Below are positions 47,070 through 56,252 of a DNA stretch of 64,000 nt, piece by piece (positions within the stretch are counted from its first letter, which is position 1; every line of letters begins with the position of its first letter). The stretch comes from Patescibacteria group bacterium (GTDB lineage Bacteria > Pseudomonadota > Alphaproteobacteria > Micavibrionales > UBA2020). The notes beneath the pieces were generated by a model. It was given only the letters and a program-made list of their open reading frames with translations, ran no database searches and had not been told where the DNA came from. The DNA is taken from assembly GCA_035626855.1 (NCBI GenBank), contig DASPMW010000128.1, positions 1,574-65,573 of the forward strand, written 5' to 3'. Both the position numbers and the translations under genes were made by a program.

Positions 47070-48297
47070 TGCCCCTTACCACCCATTTATAACTCGTCAG
47101 CGCTTCCAGCCCCATAGGCCCGCGCGCATGCAGTTTCTGCGTGCTGATGCCGATTTCCGCGCCCATGCCAAATTGCCCCCCATCCGTGAAAGCGGTCGAG
47201 GCATTGGCATAGACGGCCGCCGCGTCCACTTCGCGCAGGAAGCGTTCAATCGTCGCTTCGTCTTCGGCAATAATCGCCTCGCTATGCCGGGAGGAGTGCG
47301 CACGGATATGCGCGAGCGCAGCATCGAGGGAAGGGACTGACTTCACCGCCATTTTGTAGGAAAGAAATTCGCAGCCGAAACTATCCTCCTGCGCGGGGCG
47401 CAGCGGGCCGTCATAGCGACCAGCCAACGCCGCAAGAGCGGGCGGGTCGGCGAAGACCTCGACGTTTTTCTCCGACAGTCCGGATACCAGTGCGGGAAGG
47501 TCGGCCAGGCGGTTTACATGAATAATCAGCGTATCGAGCGCATTGCAGACGCTCACGCGCCGCGTTTTGGCGTTAAACACAATCGCGCGGCCTTTCTCAA
47601 CGTCGCCGCTTTCGTCGAAATAGGTATGAACGATGCCTGCGCCTGTTTCGATGACCGGCACACGGGCGTTCTGCCGTACGGAGTCGATCAGTCCCTGGCT
47701 GCCGCGCGGGATCAGCACATCGACGATACCGCTCGCATTCATCAGGACTTCCGCCGCTGACCGGTCGGGGGGCAGCAGCGTGGCTGCGGCGGCCGGGAGA
47801 CCATGGCTGGAAAGCGTTTCGCTTATGATCGCGGAAAAGGCGGCGTTGCTATGCCATGCTTCCTTGCCGCCTTTCAGCGCGCAGGCATTTCCGGACTTGA
47901 AACAGAGCGCAAAAACATCAACCGTCACATTCGGGCGCGCTTCATAGATTACGCCGACCAGTCCCAGCGGCACCGAGATGCGCTCGATATGCAGGCCGTT
48001 GGGAAGATCGCGCTCCAGCTGGGTGATGCCGAGCGGCGAGGGGAGGGAGGCGACGGTGCGCAGCTCGGCGGCAATCGCCGCGATCCGCTCCTCCGTCAGT
48101 TGTAACCGGTCGTAGCGCGGATCGTGCTTGGGCATCGCCGCAAGGTCTTTTTCGTTTTCCGCCAGAATATTTGCCGTGTCCTGCCGCAGCGCGTCGGCGA
48201 GCGACAACAATACCGCCTTGCGTTTCGCATCATCCAGACCCGCGAGAACCGGTGAAGCGGCCTGCGCAGCACACAACTGCGCCGTGACGTCCGTCAT
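47050..48297 (-). CDS. proA: glutamate-5-semialdehyde dehydrogenase
   Basis: 415 aa. PLGLVGVIYEARPNVT, VCNALDTLIIH, HSEAI, YANASTAFTDGGQFG. Confidence 0.95.
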   Translation of the reverse strand: MTDVTAQLCAAQAASPVLAGLDDAKRKAVLLSLADALRQDTANILAENEKDLAAMPKHDPRYDRLQLTEERIAAIAAELRTVASLPSPLGITQLERDLPNGLHIERISVPLGLVGVIYEARPNVTVDVFALCFKSGNACALKGGKEAWHSNAAFSAIISETLSSHGLPAAAATLLPPDRSAAEVLMNASGIVDVLIPRGSQGLIDSVRQNARVPVIETGAGIVHTYFDESGDVEKGRAIVFNAKTRRVSVCNALDTLIIHVNRLADLPALVSGLSEKNVEVFADPPALAALAGRYDGPLRPAQEDSFGCEFLSYKMAVKSVPSLDAALAHIRAHSSRHSEAIIAEDEATIERFLREVDAAAVYANASTAFTDGGQFGMGAEIGISTQKLHARGPMGLEALTSYKWVVRGNGQTRR

Positions 48298-49382
48298 GTC
48301 TCGCCCCCGGCATCGATATGAAGCTGGTCGTAATGTATTAACTCAGGGCGGTTTTTCTGCCCCATATGCTCGCGCAGCTTTTCCGCGCCGTAGCGTGCGA
48401 TGCCGACGCCAATGCGGCGGCCGTCGGGGTCAGCGACCTCGACCATATCGCCCTTCTCAAAACTTCCGCTGCATGCCTTGATGCCGACCGGCAGGATGCT
48501 GAGCGCGCGGCTGCTATCCTTCAACAGCGCATATAACTGCGCATTGACGCGAATGACGCCGCTTTTGCGTGCGGAATCAAAGGCGATCCACTTTTTCAGG
48601 TTCGATCTCTTCTTGCGCGGCAGGATCGTCGTGCCGATTGATTCGCCGTCCGCAAGGCGCAGAATGACGTCCTTCACCTTCATTGCCGCGATATGGGTAG
48701 TAACGCCAAGATCGGACATCTTGCGCGCGGTGCCGAGCTTGCTTGCCATGCCGCCGCGGCCGAGCGCCGTTTTCGTGGCGGAAACCTTCGGCCATCCGTC
48801 TTTTTCCGGATTGATTAGGGGAATGATTTTGGCGCCCGCCTCGTCGGGGTTACGGTCATAGACGCCTTCGACGCTTGTGAGGATAAGAAGCTTGTCGGCA
48901 TTCAACTGCGCGGCGATCAGGCCCGCCAACTCGTCGTTATCGGTGAACATCAGCTCCTCGACCGCGACGCTGTCATTTTCATTGATGATCGGGATGATGT
49001 TGCCCGCCTCCAGCGTCTCGCGCAGCAGGCGTGCGATGTTCAGGTAATGCTTGCGGGTGTGGAAATCCTGCTTGGTCAGCAGCAATTGCGCGACGGCGAT
49101 GCCATGCGGGCGGAAAAGTTTCGCATAGGCCTGCATCAGTTCCGGCTGGCCGAGGCTCGCGAGCAGCTGCTTTTCCCCAAGCGTGCCGCCGTATTCCCGG
49201 CCCAGGCTTTCGCGAGCGACGCGCCGCCCCGAGGCAACGGCACCCGAGCTGACCAGCACGACGCGGTGGCCAGCCTGCTGCAGCTTAGCCACTTGGCGCA
49301 CCAAGGCCGGCATCGCGCTTTTCAACAGCGTGCCGTCGCTGGCGAGGATCGCCTGAGTGCCGATCTTAATGACGATTTTCAT
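48294..49382 (-). CDS. proB: glutamate 5-kinase (with PUA domain)
   Basis: 362 aa. KIVIKIGT, VLVSSGAVASG, FTDNDELA, C-terminal PUA-like region. Confidence 0.95.
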   Translation of the reverse strand: MKIVIKIGTQAILASDGTLLKSAMPALVRQVAKLQQAGHRVVLVSSGAVASGRRVARESLGREYGGTLGEKQLLASLGQPELMQAYAKLFRPHGIAVAQLLLTKQDFHTRKHYLNIARLLRETLEAGNIIPIINENDSVAVEELMFTDNDELAGLIAAQLNADKLLILTSVEGVYDRNPDEAGAKIIPLINPEKDGWPKVSATKTALGRGGMASKLGTARKMSDLGVTTHIAAMKVKDVILRLADGESIGTTILPRKKRSNLKKWIAFDSARKSGVIRVNAQLYALLKDSSRALSILPVGIKACSGSFEKGDMVEVADPDGRRIGVGIARYGAEKLREHMGQKNRPELIHYDQLHIDAGGET

Positions 49383-49503
49383 CTGCGTTATACGAATCCC
49401 GAAACAGGCCCAAGTTTAGCGCAGCGCGACGGGTGCCTGCCGAATATTTTAGAGCGCCATATCAGCCGTTTAATTCTTGAACCTGCTTTCGGCAGATTCA
49501 TCA

Positions 49504-49532
49504 TTGACATAACGCTAGATTCTTCCTAGAAG
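49504..49532 (+). promoter_or_regulatory. candidate sigma70-type promoter of the TelA-containing operon
   Basis: TTGACA-N17-TAGAAG in the AT-rich gap. The -10 ends 16 nt before the ATG at 49549. Confidence 0.3.
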
Positions 49533-49548
49533 GGGCAGCCATTAATAT

Positions 49549-51084
49549 ATGACAACTCGTAACGCGGCGGTATCTTATATGTCTTACGCGACCATCATCA
49601 GCATTAAAAGCTCGATCGACAAACTCATTGGCAAGCAGGAGGCAGTCGTCGCTTCTTTCGACGCTGCGGCAAAGAACGTCACCTCCGATCTAGGCAAGGC
49701 GTTAGACGCGGTGGATGCGGCAGCGCATGCGATCGTGATCGCTGATGATGCGGACCGTTACGCAGCCCTCAGCCGCGCTGCGAAAGACGCGCGCATCGGC
49801 CATGATTTTACCGCTATTGTCGCTGACTGGACGCAAAAGGACGCCGACAACCGCAAGGAACGCGCCGCGCTTGAGGAAAAATGGGGTACGCGTCAGGAAG
49901 TCGCGCACAAGGCTGCTGAAGTGAAAGAAGGCATCGAACTGATCGCCTCCGCGCTGGCCGAAATCTCGCCCGAAATCGCCCAGTTCGACGTGACGTCCAA
50001 AAAGATTAAGGACCATAACGAGAAGTATAAAGGTAAGCCGAAGCTGCAGGTCACGCCGGAAAGCTACGAGAACTATTCCAAATTCGGCTGGAAGGGCGTC
50101 GGCCGCTTCCTGCTCTGGCTCGTGGGCTATCGCGGGCCGCATCGGGCCTATAAGGTGGTGAGCGAGTACAGCAAGCAATTCGGCAACTACTATGAAGACG
50201 CGCTTGAAATCGCCGATCGCCGCAAGAACGAGAAGAAACTGCAGGGCGAACAGGCGGCAAAGCAGGAGCAGTATGACGAGCTGACCGGCATCGGCCGCCG
50301 CATGGCGACCCTCGACGGCAGCTATCGTGGCAGCCAGGGAATCGCGCGCGACATCGGTGGAATCATCGAGAAAAGCGTGCTCGCCTCTGCCGACTTCGTC
50401 AAAAACCTGCTGCGCGACGTGCCCGGGCATGAAGCAGACGTGATTGCGCTGAATACGCTGAAGGCGGCCAGCCTTTCCACCCTCGCAGCGACCGTAAAGA
50501 CGCAGGCATCGCTTGCCGGCGGCACGCTGCAGAAACTCAATGAACCCGGCCCCACCCTGGAGGCCGGCGTTAAAGTGGTCGGTAATGAGTCGATCAACTT
50601 TGACATCCAGCCGCTCGCGCGGATGGCGGCTGAAGCCGCGCGCTCGGGCGGAGCGGCTGCGGCGGCGCTGTCCTCGGCGAGCGACAGCCTCGAACTGCTG
50701 ACTGCGCCCCCCAACACGGACTATGACACGCTGCAGGCAATGGTCGGCAAACTGGGATCGGTCAGCGTTGCACAAACGCAGATCGCTTTCAGCTTCGGCA
50801 CTCTCGAGCGCAACGTAAATTCGGAAATCGAGGCCTACGAGGCGGAACAGCGCCGCCTGGCCGAAATCGAGCGCCAGCGCATCGCGGCCGAGGCAGAGCG
50901 CGAGCGCATCCGCCTGCAGAAAGAATTCGAAAGCGTCGCCCGCCGGACGCCGCAGGTCGATACGACGCCCGACCTGCCGTCATACACGCCGAGCACCAAT
51001 ATCGGGATCGGCAACCGGGGCATTACCGAACGCGGCGGATCAAGCGGCATCGGCATCGGCTCCCGCGGGATCAGCGGCAGATAA
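49549..51084 (+). CDS. hypothetical protein (predicted all-helical, ER-rich charged helix, duplicated GIGxRGI tail)
   Basis: 511 aa, coding-like composition. EAEQRRLAEIERQRIAAEAERERIRLQKEFE near the C-terminus. Last 28 residues are NIGIGNRGITERGGSSGIGIGSRGISGR. One hydrophobic patch, GVGRFLLWLVGY. No family recognised. Confidence 0.6.
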   Translation: MTTRNAAVSYMSYATIISIKSSIDKLIGKQEAVVASFDAAAKNVTSDLGKALDAVDAAAHAIVIADDADRYAALSRAAKDARIGHDFTAIVADWTQKDADNRKERAALEEKWGTRQEVAHKAAEVKEGIELIASALAEISPEIAQFDVTSKKIKDHNEKYKGKPKLQVTPESYENYSKFGWKGVGRFLLWLVGYRGPHRAYKVVSEYSKQFGNYYEDALEIADRRKNEKKLQGEQAAKQEQYDELTGIGRRMATLDGSYRGSQGIARDIGGIIEKSVLASADFVKNLLRDVPGHEADVIALNTLKAASLSTLAATVKTQASLAGGTLQKLNEPGPTLEAGVKVVGNESINFDIQPLARMAAEAARSGGAAAAALSSASDSLELLTAPPNTDYDTLQAMVGKLGSVSVAQTQIAFSFGTLERNVNSEIEAYEAEQRRLAEIERQRIAAEAERERIRLQKEFESVARRTPQVDTTPDLPSYTPSTNIGIGNRGITERGGSSGIGIGSRGISGR

Positions 51085-51131
51085 TTTTTAAAGAATACCA
51101 ACCAATCCACATAAACCAAAAGGAAGCACAC

Positions 51132-52412
51132 ATGCCTGACAATATTCTCGACAACAAAAACATCGCCGACGCTTTCGGCGGCGCGGCCGGCAAGGCGTTC
51201 AACGAAGACATCGTTGATTACCGCAAAGCGGACCCTGAAACCAAGGCGAAGATGGACAAGCTGATTGCTTCCATCGACCTGAAAGACCTCAACTCGATCA
51301 CCGTCTTCGGCAAGGAGCCGACGGATGTGTTGCGTGAATCCTCCGAAGCGATCGTGAAGCGCGCGCAGAACGCGACGAGCTTCCTCGGCGGTTTCGCCCA
51401 GATCAAGGAAAAGCTCGAGAACTTCGACTTCCAGACTGTCGGCCGTCTCGCGGCCGATTATTCGGCGAAAGTCGACCGCAAGCTGAAAATGGCGGCGTTG
51501 TCTTTCAAGAAAAGCCCGTTCATGTACGTCCTGAAAAAAGTCGGCTACTTCTTCACCGGCATGGGCGGCGGCAAGGATTCGAACATGGACAACATCCGCC
51601 ATGAAATCGACAAGAGCCTGCTGCAGTTGGCCGATGTCGTCGCGGATCTCGAGGAATCGAAAGCAAAAATCCCGGGCGTGATCAAGGACCTCAACACGCT
51701 CGAGGAAGCCCGTCTGACCGCCTATTCCGATTACGGCATCTATGTCGGCGCGGCGCTAGAAAAATATCGCCAAGTGAAGGAAGACGTGCTGCCGAAACTG
51801 GAGCAGGAGGCGTCGACCAGCCCCCTGAAACAGGTCGAGCTGCGCAACATCCGCCTGGCCGGAACCGTCCTCAACGCGAAAGTGACCGATATGGACACCT
51901 TCCACAAGTCGAGCCTCGTCCAGCTGAAGACGATCGACGACCTGCAGGAAGCGCTCGCGATGAGCCAGCTGAAAATCGACAGCCACCTGACGATTTCGCA
52001 GGGCCAGTGGACTGCGATCCTCGCTGAAGCCGCAACCGCCGCGCAGGTCAGTGAAATTGCTGAAAGCGTCGATGCGGCGGACAAGTTCGGCGACAAGATT
52101 TTCGAACAGTCGCAGAAACTCTCCGACATGACCAAGGCGATGTCGCGCGCGGCTTTTGGCCACGGCACCCTCGACCCGGTCAAGGTCATCCAGCACCTCG
52201 AGAAGCGCACGCAGGACATCAAGGATGACCTCGTGTTCATGACCGAGTTCAACGCGAAGATGGAAGCCCAGCGCGCGGCCCTCGACGTCGCCGGCCAGAA
52301 ATTCCGCGAGGCGGCGGCGCAAGTGACCGCGCCCCGCCCGGTGCAGGAAGCGGCTGAAACCGCGGCGACCGCGGCGATGAAGGACCTGCTGGCCAACAAG
52401 CCGAAACCCTAA
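51132..52412 (+). CDS. telA: TelA / KlaB / YaaN family (toxic anion resistance) protein
   Basis: 426 aa, AAGGAAG SD. The N-terminal pattern KMDKLIASIDLKDLNSITVFGKEPTDVLRESSEAIV and the overall helical ~400-aa architecture match the TelA family as I remember it. Confidence 0.7.
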   Translation: MPDNILDNKNIADAFGGAAGKAFNEDIVDYRKADPETKAKMDKLIASIDLKDLNSITVFGKEPTDVLRESSEAIVKRAQNATSFLGGFAQIKEKLENFDFQTVGRLAADYSAKVDRKLKMAALSFKKSPFMYVLKKVGYFFTGMGGGKDSNMDNIRHEIDKSLLQLADVVADLEESKAKIPGVIKDLNTLEEARLTAYSDYGIYVGAALEKYRQVKEDVLPKLEQEASTSPLKQVELRNIRLAGTVLNAKVTDMDTFHKSSLVQLKTIDDLQEALAMSQLKIDSHLTISQGQWTAILAEAATAAQVSEIAESVDAADKFGDKIFEQSQKLSDMTKAMSRAAFGHGTLDPVKVIQHLEKRTQDIKDDLVFMTEFNAKMEAQRAALDVAGQKFREAAAQVTAPRPVQEAAETAATAAMKDLLANKPKP

Positions 52413-52436
52413 CGAATCGAACAGGAGCCGGCCGTC

Positions 52437-53903
52437 ATGGCACTCGATCAATCGCCCAAGCTTGTCAGCAATAAGTTTTCCGGCGCAGCCGCGCCGGATG
52501 CCAAGCGCGCGCGGATTGATGCCCGGACGGTCGGCTATCCTGCCGATGAAGATGACCAGAAAATCTCCTGGATGGGCATGTCGCCCGCGCCCGGCAAGGG
52601 CGACGGGTGGTATGTGCTGCTCGTCGAGGAAGAGCCGAATAAATACCTGGTTCAGGTGAACAAGGACGAGCGCATCGTCGAAGTCGTGAGGGTGCTCGGT
52701 AAGGGCGAAGACGGCCCGCTGACCTTCGAAAAGGCGGTCGAGCATCTGGCAGTATGGGAATATTCCCGCATGGCCAATGGCGCCGTGCCGCATGATAAGC
52801 AGGACCGCGACGATCTCGGCAAGCATTACTACAAGAACCTTCTGCTGAAGCGCGGCTACCTCGTCGATACGACCGGCACGCTTGCGGCAGTCGGTGATAT
52901 CTACCCGGGTCAGGCCGGCAAATTCCTCAAATCCGATCTCGAGGCGCTGGAGCGCTATCAGGACGGATTGAGAGGCGAGAATATCCTCGGCGAATTGATC
53001 GCGTCCCACGATGCCATTTTCATCTCGGAGACGACGCTGGAGGAAGACCTCCGCAGCTTCGGCGAGATCGCGATTTTTGATAAAATGCAGCTTTTCACGG
53101 ATACGCTGGTCAAATACGCAGGCGTGAAGCTGAAGCAGGTGCAGGATTTCTATGCAGACCCGACCGCCAAGGGCGGCGATGAGCTGGCAGTCGCGCTCGC
53201 GAAAAGCGGGCATTTCACGCAAGAGATGGTCGATCGCTTTAATGCCGCACGCGAAGAGCTGTTCGGCGCCGTTTTCCGTTTCTTCCATGTCGATGAAGCG
53301 GACTGGGGCAAGGAGCTGGACCTGAAAAGCAAGGAACTTCGCAAGGGGCTGCTGATTGACCCGGATGCCCAGCAAACCTACAATTATTTCGATCGCAAAA
53401 TCGGCTATCCGCTGACGCCGGACGATGTCAATGCGATGCTGTTCGTCTCCGCGCGCTCGCTTGTCTATTTCCGAGAAACGCTGACGGACAGCCCGCAGAA
53501 AGACATGCTCGAGCGGAAGGGAATATACAAGCAGGGCGATATCGACGACCTGCTTAACTACCTCGACCTGCTCGACATCAAGTTCCAGTACAAAGCGCTG
53601 GCAGAAGCCGCCGTTTCGCTGCCGGGCACCAAGCGCGACCGCGAGCTGCAGGAAAAGAAAGACGCGTTCATCCTGCGCGTACAGGGCTTCAAGGAAGGCC
53701 TGAAGGAGAGCCAGGATTATTCGCCGGCGATGGAAAAGCAGATCGACGCGTTCATTCGCGCCAGCACTCCGATTTATCTGATCGACCGCATCGAGGCACT
53801 GCCGGCGAAAATAGCCGGGGCGCAAAAATATATTCGCGACCGCCTGCTGCCGAAACCGGCTCCGGCGCCGACCGCGCCGACCCCGAAACAGCCGACGCTT
53901 TAG
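52437..53903 (+). CDS. hypothetical soluble protein
   Basis: 488 aa, AGGAG SD, 24 nt after telA. Normal coding composition, Pro/Ala-rich C-terminal tail PKPAPAPTAPTPKQPTL. No family recognised. Confidence 0.6.
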   Translation: MALDQSPKLVSNKFSGAAAPDAKRARIDARTVGYPADEDDQKISWMGMSPAPGKGDGWYVLLVEEEPNKYLVQVNKDERIVEVVRVLGKGEDGPLTFEKAVEHLAVWEYSRMANGAVPHDKQDRDDLGKHYYKNLLLKRGYLVDTTGTLAAVGDIYPGQAGKFLKSDLEALERYQDGLRGENILGELIASHDAIFISETTLEEDLRSFGEIAIFDKMQLFTDTLVKYAGVKLKQVQDFYADPTAKGGDELAVALAKSGHFTQEMVDRFNAAREELFGAVFRFFHVDEADWGKELDLKSKELRKGLLIDPDAQQTYNYFDRKIGYPLTPDDVNAMLFVSARSLVYFRETLTDSPQKDMLERKGIYKQGDIDDLLNYLDLLDIKFQYKALAEAAVSLPGTKRDRELQEKKDAFILRVQGFKEGLKESQDYSPAMEKQIDAFIRASTPIYLIDRIEALPAKIAGAQKYIRDRLLPKPAPAPTAPTPKQPTL

Positions 53904-53929
53904 GCAAGAAAATTTGAGGAGTGTGAGAG

Positions 53930-54961
53930 ATGGGCGATTTCGACTTCAACCCGAAGAAAAAAGACGACAAAGGCATCGGCAAGATCCGCCTCGGCGAGGA
54001 GAGCGCAGCCGAGCAAAAGGAAACGGCCGTCAAAACGGCGACCAGGAAAAAATGGCTGATCGGCGGCGGCATTGCGACCGGCGCGCTTGTGCTGACCCTC
54101 GGTCTCACCGCCGTTTTCAATTCGAGCAGCGAGAAGCAGCCGGCGCCCCAGCCCCCTGCCGTCACGCAGACCCAGACTGCTCAGCCGCCTGTGACCCGCC
54201 AGCAGCCCGTTCCGCAGGATGAGAACACCGGCGCCATCTTGTTCCAGAGCATTGCGGACAAGCAGAGCGTGATCTACCGCGACCAGGTTTTGATTTATAA
54301 GGAAACTGATCGCGCCGGCCGCATGACGGGCACCGGCGAAGCCTATCTGAGCGCCACCGGGCAGGCCGTTCCGTTCGGCAGCGATTTCGCGGTGCATGTG
54401 TCACTTTTCGAAAAAGGCGGTGTCAGCCTGCTGGTCGCCTCGGGCCCCTATGCCGGCAACCGCGTCGAGTTCTTCCCGACCGGCGTGCGCGGCACGAGCC
54501 GTGTGACCTATAGCCATGTGGGCGAGGAAAACCTAGGCTCCGACGGCATCACCATGCGCTTCACCGCCCTGCCGCAGGGGCAGCGCACCGAACAAACCGT
54601 CTCGATGAAAAGCCCGGCTATCCAGGGCAGCGGCGTGCAGATGCCTGGCAGCGCCTTTGAATACGACAAAAACGTTCGCGAGCGCGGCGAATATGTCCGC
54701 GCCTTCACGGTCAAAGGCAATGTTGAAGAAGGCGTGTTCCAGGTAAAGATCTGGAACGGCGACACCTACACCATCAACTTCGCCACGGGGCAATACACCG
54801 TCGACAGCGTCTTCCTTTTCCACCCGGATTATGTCGAGGAAACGCAGCGGACGGGGGTCAATATCGACGCCTCGACCATTCCGCTCGTCAAGGGCGTCGT
54901 CAACGTGGCGCCCGCCCATCGCGCGGCGCCTGCGCCTACCCGTCGCGGCCCGTCACGGTAA
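53930..54961 (+). CDS. hypothetical single-pass membrane protein with beta-rich extracytoplasmic domain
   Basis: 343 aa, GAGGAG SD. Lys-rich cytoplasmic N-terminus, TM WLIGGGIATGALVLTLGLTAVF, P/Q-rich linker, then ~230 aa with no recognised motif. Confidence 0.6.
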   Translation: MGDFDFNPKKKDDKGIGKIRLGEESAAEQKETAVKTATRKKWLIGGGIATGALVLTLGLTAVFNSSSEKQPAPQPPAVTQTQTAQPPVTRQQPVPQDENTGAILFQSIADKQSVIYRDQVLIYKETDRAGRMTGTGEAYLSATGQAVPFGSDFAVHVSLFEKGGVSLLVASGPYAGNRVEFFPTGVRGTSRVTYSHVGEENLGSDGITMRFTALPQGQRTEQTVSMKSPAIQGSGVQMPGSAFEYDKNVRERGEYVRAFTVKGNVEEGVFQVKIWNGDTYTINFATGQYTVDSVFLFHPDYVEETQRTGVNIDASTIPLVKGVVNVAPAHRAAPAPTRRGPSR

Positions 54962-54982
54962 CATTCGCGGGACAGGAAATAG

Positions 54983-55015
54983 CAAGGGGCGGCCAGTCAT
55001 GCTGGCCGCCCCTTG
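54983..55015. terminator. 14-bp GC-rich stem-loop between convergent genes
   Basis: caaggggcggccag-tcatg-ctggccgccccttg. The outer gacagg/cctgtc can extend the stem. There is no clear U-tract on either side. Confidence 0.5.
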
Positions 55016-55040
55016 CCTGTCCAGCCTCTGAAAGAAGCGG

Positions 55041-55280
55041 TTATTCGTGGTTCTTGTCGTAGAGGTAGCCGCCGACAGCGCCGACGCCCGCACCGATCGC
55101 CGCGCCGCAGCCAACGCAGCCGCCGGTGACCGCCGTGCCGACAGCGCCGACGCCCGCGCCGATACCGGCGCCTGACAGGGTGCGCTGCTGGGTGGAATTC
55201 ATGCCGCTGCAAGCGGTCAGGGAAAGAAGCGCAAGGGCGATTACCGGTGCGCGCAGTTTAGAGGTGAGGGATGTCGTCAT
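55041..55280 (-). CDS. glycine-zipper lipoprotein (17-kDa-antigen / OsmB-like)
   Basis: From ATG 55280: MTTSLTSKLRAPVIALALLSLTAC lipobox, then GAGIGAGVGAVGTAVTGG...GAAIGAGVGAVGG. Confidence 0.7.
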   Translation of the reverse strand: MTTSLTSKLRAPVIALALLSLTACSGMNSTQQRTLSGAGIGAGVGAVGTAVTGGCVGCGAAIGAGVGAVGGYLYDKNHE

Positions 55281-55316
55281 GGGTCGTTCTCCTTGGGTGA
55301 ATTGCATCACCCGACA

Positions 55317-55341
55317 AACCCGCACCCTAAATCTTTGTTCC
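55317..55341 (-). promoter_or_regulatory. ECF (EcfG-like) promoter match GGAAC-N16-GGTT
   Basis: Minus strand reads GGAAC aaagatttagggtgcg GGTT, about 37 nt upstream of the lipoprotein ATG. Confidence 0.45.
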
Positions 55342-55380
55342 AAAAGAAAACCGTCCGGCCCAGGGCAGGGGGCCGGACGG
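55342..55380 (-). terminator. Rho-independent terminator of the EF-hand gene
   Basis: Minus strand reads ccgtccggcc-N10-ggccggacgg followed by ttttctttt. Confidence 0.75.
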
Positions 55381-55429
55381 TGTTTACCGGGATTCAGTCT
55401 CAGGGCAGGGAGCGAATCCCGGACGGTGG

Positions 55430-56086
55430 TTATTTGTTCAGGGCTGCTTCGGCGCGGTTTTTAGCGTCGATCGCCTCGTTATAAACGCCTTGCCATTCCT
55501 TTTTCTCGATGGCCTTGCTGTCGTCGACGTCGACCTGGTTGAACGCCTTGCCGGTGAATTCATGCGGCGACAGACCATTGTTGTTTTTGTCGAAGCGCGA
55601 GAGCTGCGTGTATTCCATGAAGCGCTCGTAGGTGACTTCCTGCTTGTCGGCCATGCCGTCATTGTCGAAGTCGTAAGTGATCTTCGTCATTTTCTCCATC
55701 GGCGCGACGGTCAGGACGGCCGGGCGCTCGAATTCATTGTTGTCGATGACCATGTTGCCGTCGGTGTCGTAAAGGCCGAAAATCATCTCGCCCACTTCGG
55801 CGCGGGAGAGCAGGCCGTTGCGGTCAGCGTCGAAATCCTGGATATGAAGCGCGCGGGTGGTGGGCGCGAGCGGCGCGGGAACGACAGCCGTTTCCGTCAG
55901 CTTCGAGGAGGAAGTGGTCGTGCTGGTGGTCGTTTCAATTGTCGTCGGGGTCGTGGTGGTGGTCACCGTAGACTTGGCGGCAGGTACTTCTACAATTCTT
56001 TCGTGGACGACGGTGGTTTCGGCAACTGCCTGGTTTGCCAACAGCGCGGCCGCGGCGCAAAGCATCATAAATCCGGTCTTTTTCAT
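55430..56086 (-). CDS. secreted EF-hand calcium-binding protein
   Basis: SD-supported ATG at 56086 (MKKTGFMMLCAAAALLANQAVA signal). Thr/Ser-rich linker. EF loops DADRNGLLSRAE, DTDGNMVIDNNE, DFDNDGMADKQE, DVDDSKAIEKKE. Confidence 0.75.
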   Translation of the reverse strand: MKKTGFMMLCAAAALLANQAVAETTVVHERIVEVPAAKSTVTTTTTPTTIETTTSTTTSSSKLTETAVVPAPLAPTTRALHIQDFDADRNGLLSRAEVGEMIFGLYDTDGNMVIDNNEFERPAVLTVAPMEKMTKITYDFDNDGMADKQEVTYERFMEYTQLSRFDKNNNGLSPHEFTGKAFNQVDVDDSKAIEKKEWQGVYNEAIDAKNRAEAALNK

Positions 56087-56119
56087 GGGGTTCTCCATTA
56101 AGGGTTATCTCAGGGCGCA

Positions 56120-56145
56120 AACGATGTGATCGTAAAAGTAGTTCC
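56120..56145 (-). promoter_or_regulatory. ECF (EcfG-type) promoter, exact consensus GGAAC-N17-CGTT
   Basis: Minus strand reads GGAAC tacttttacgatcacat CGTT, 33 nt upstream of the ATG at 56086. Confidence 0.6.
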
Positions 56146-56190
56146 TTCAATATGGCAACTCCGAAGGCTTTGATGAGACCTCCTAAATCG

Positions 56191-56216
56191 GGAACCATAA
56201 CAGCGGTGTGGAGGTA
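56191..56216 (+). promoter_or_regulatory. weaker ECF-type promoter match GGAAC-N17-GGTA
   Basis: GGAAC cataacagcggtgtgga GGTA, 36 nt upstream of the PRC-barrel gene ATG. Divergent to the promoter at 56120-56145. Confidence 0.3.
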
Positions 56217-56252
56217 AGCGCGCCGACGCTTAACACTCAAAGGAGCTACCCC

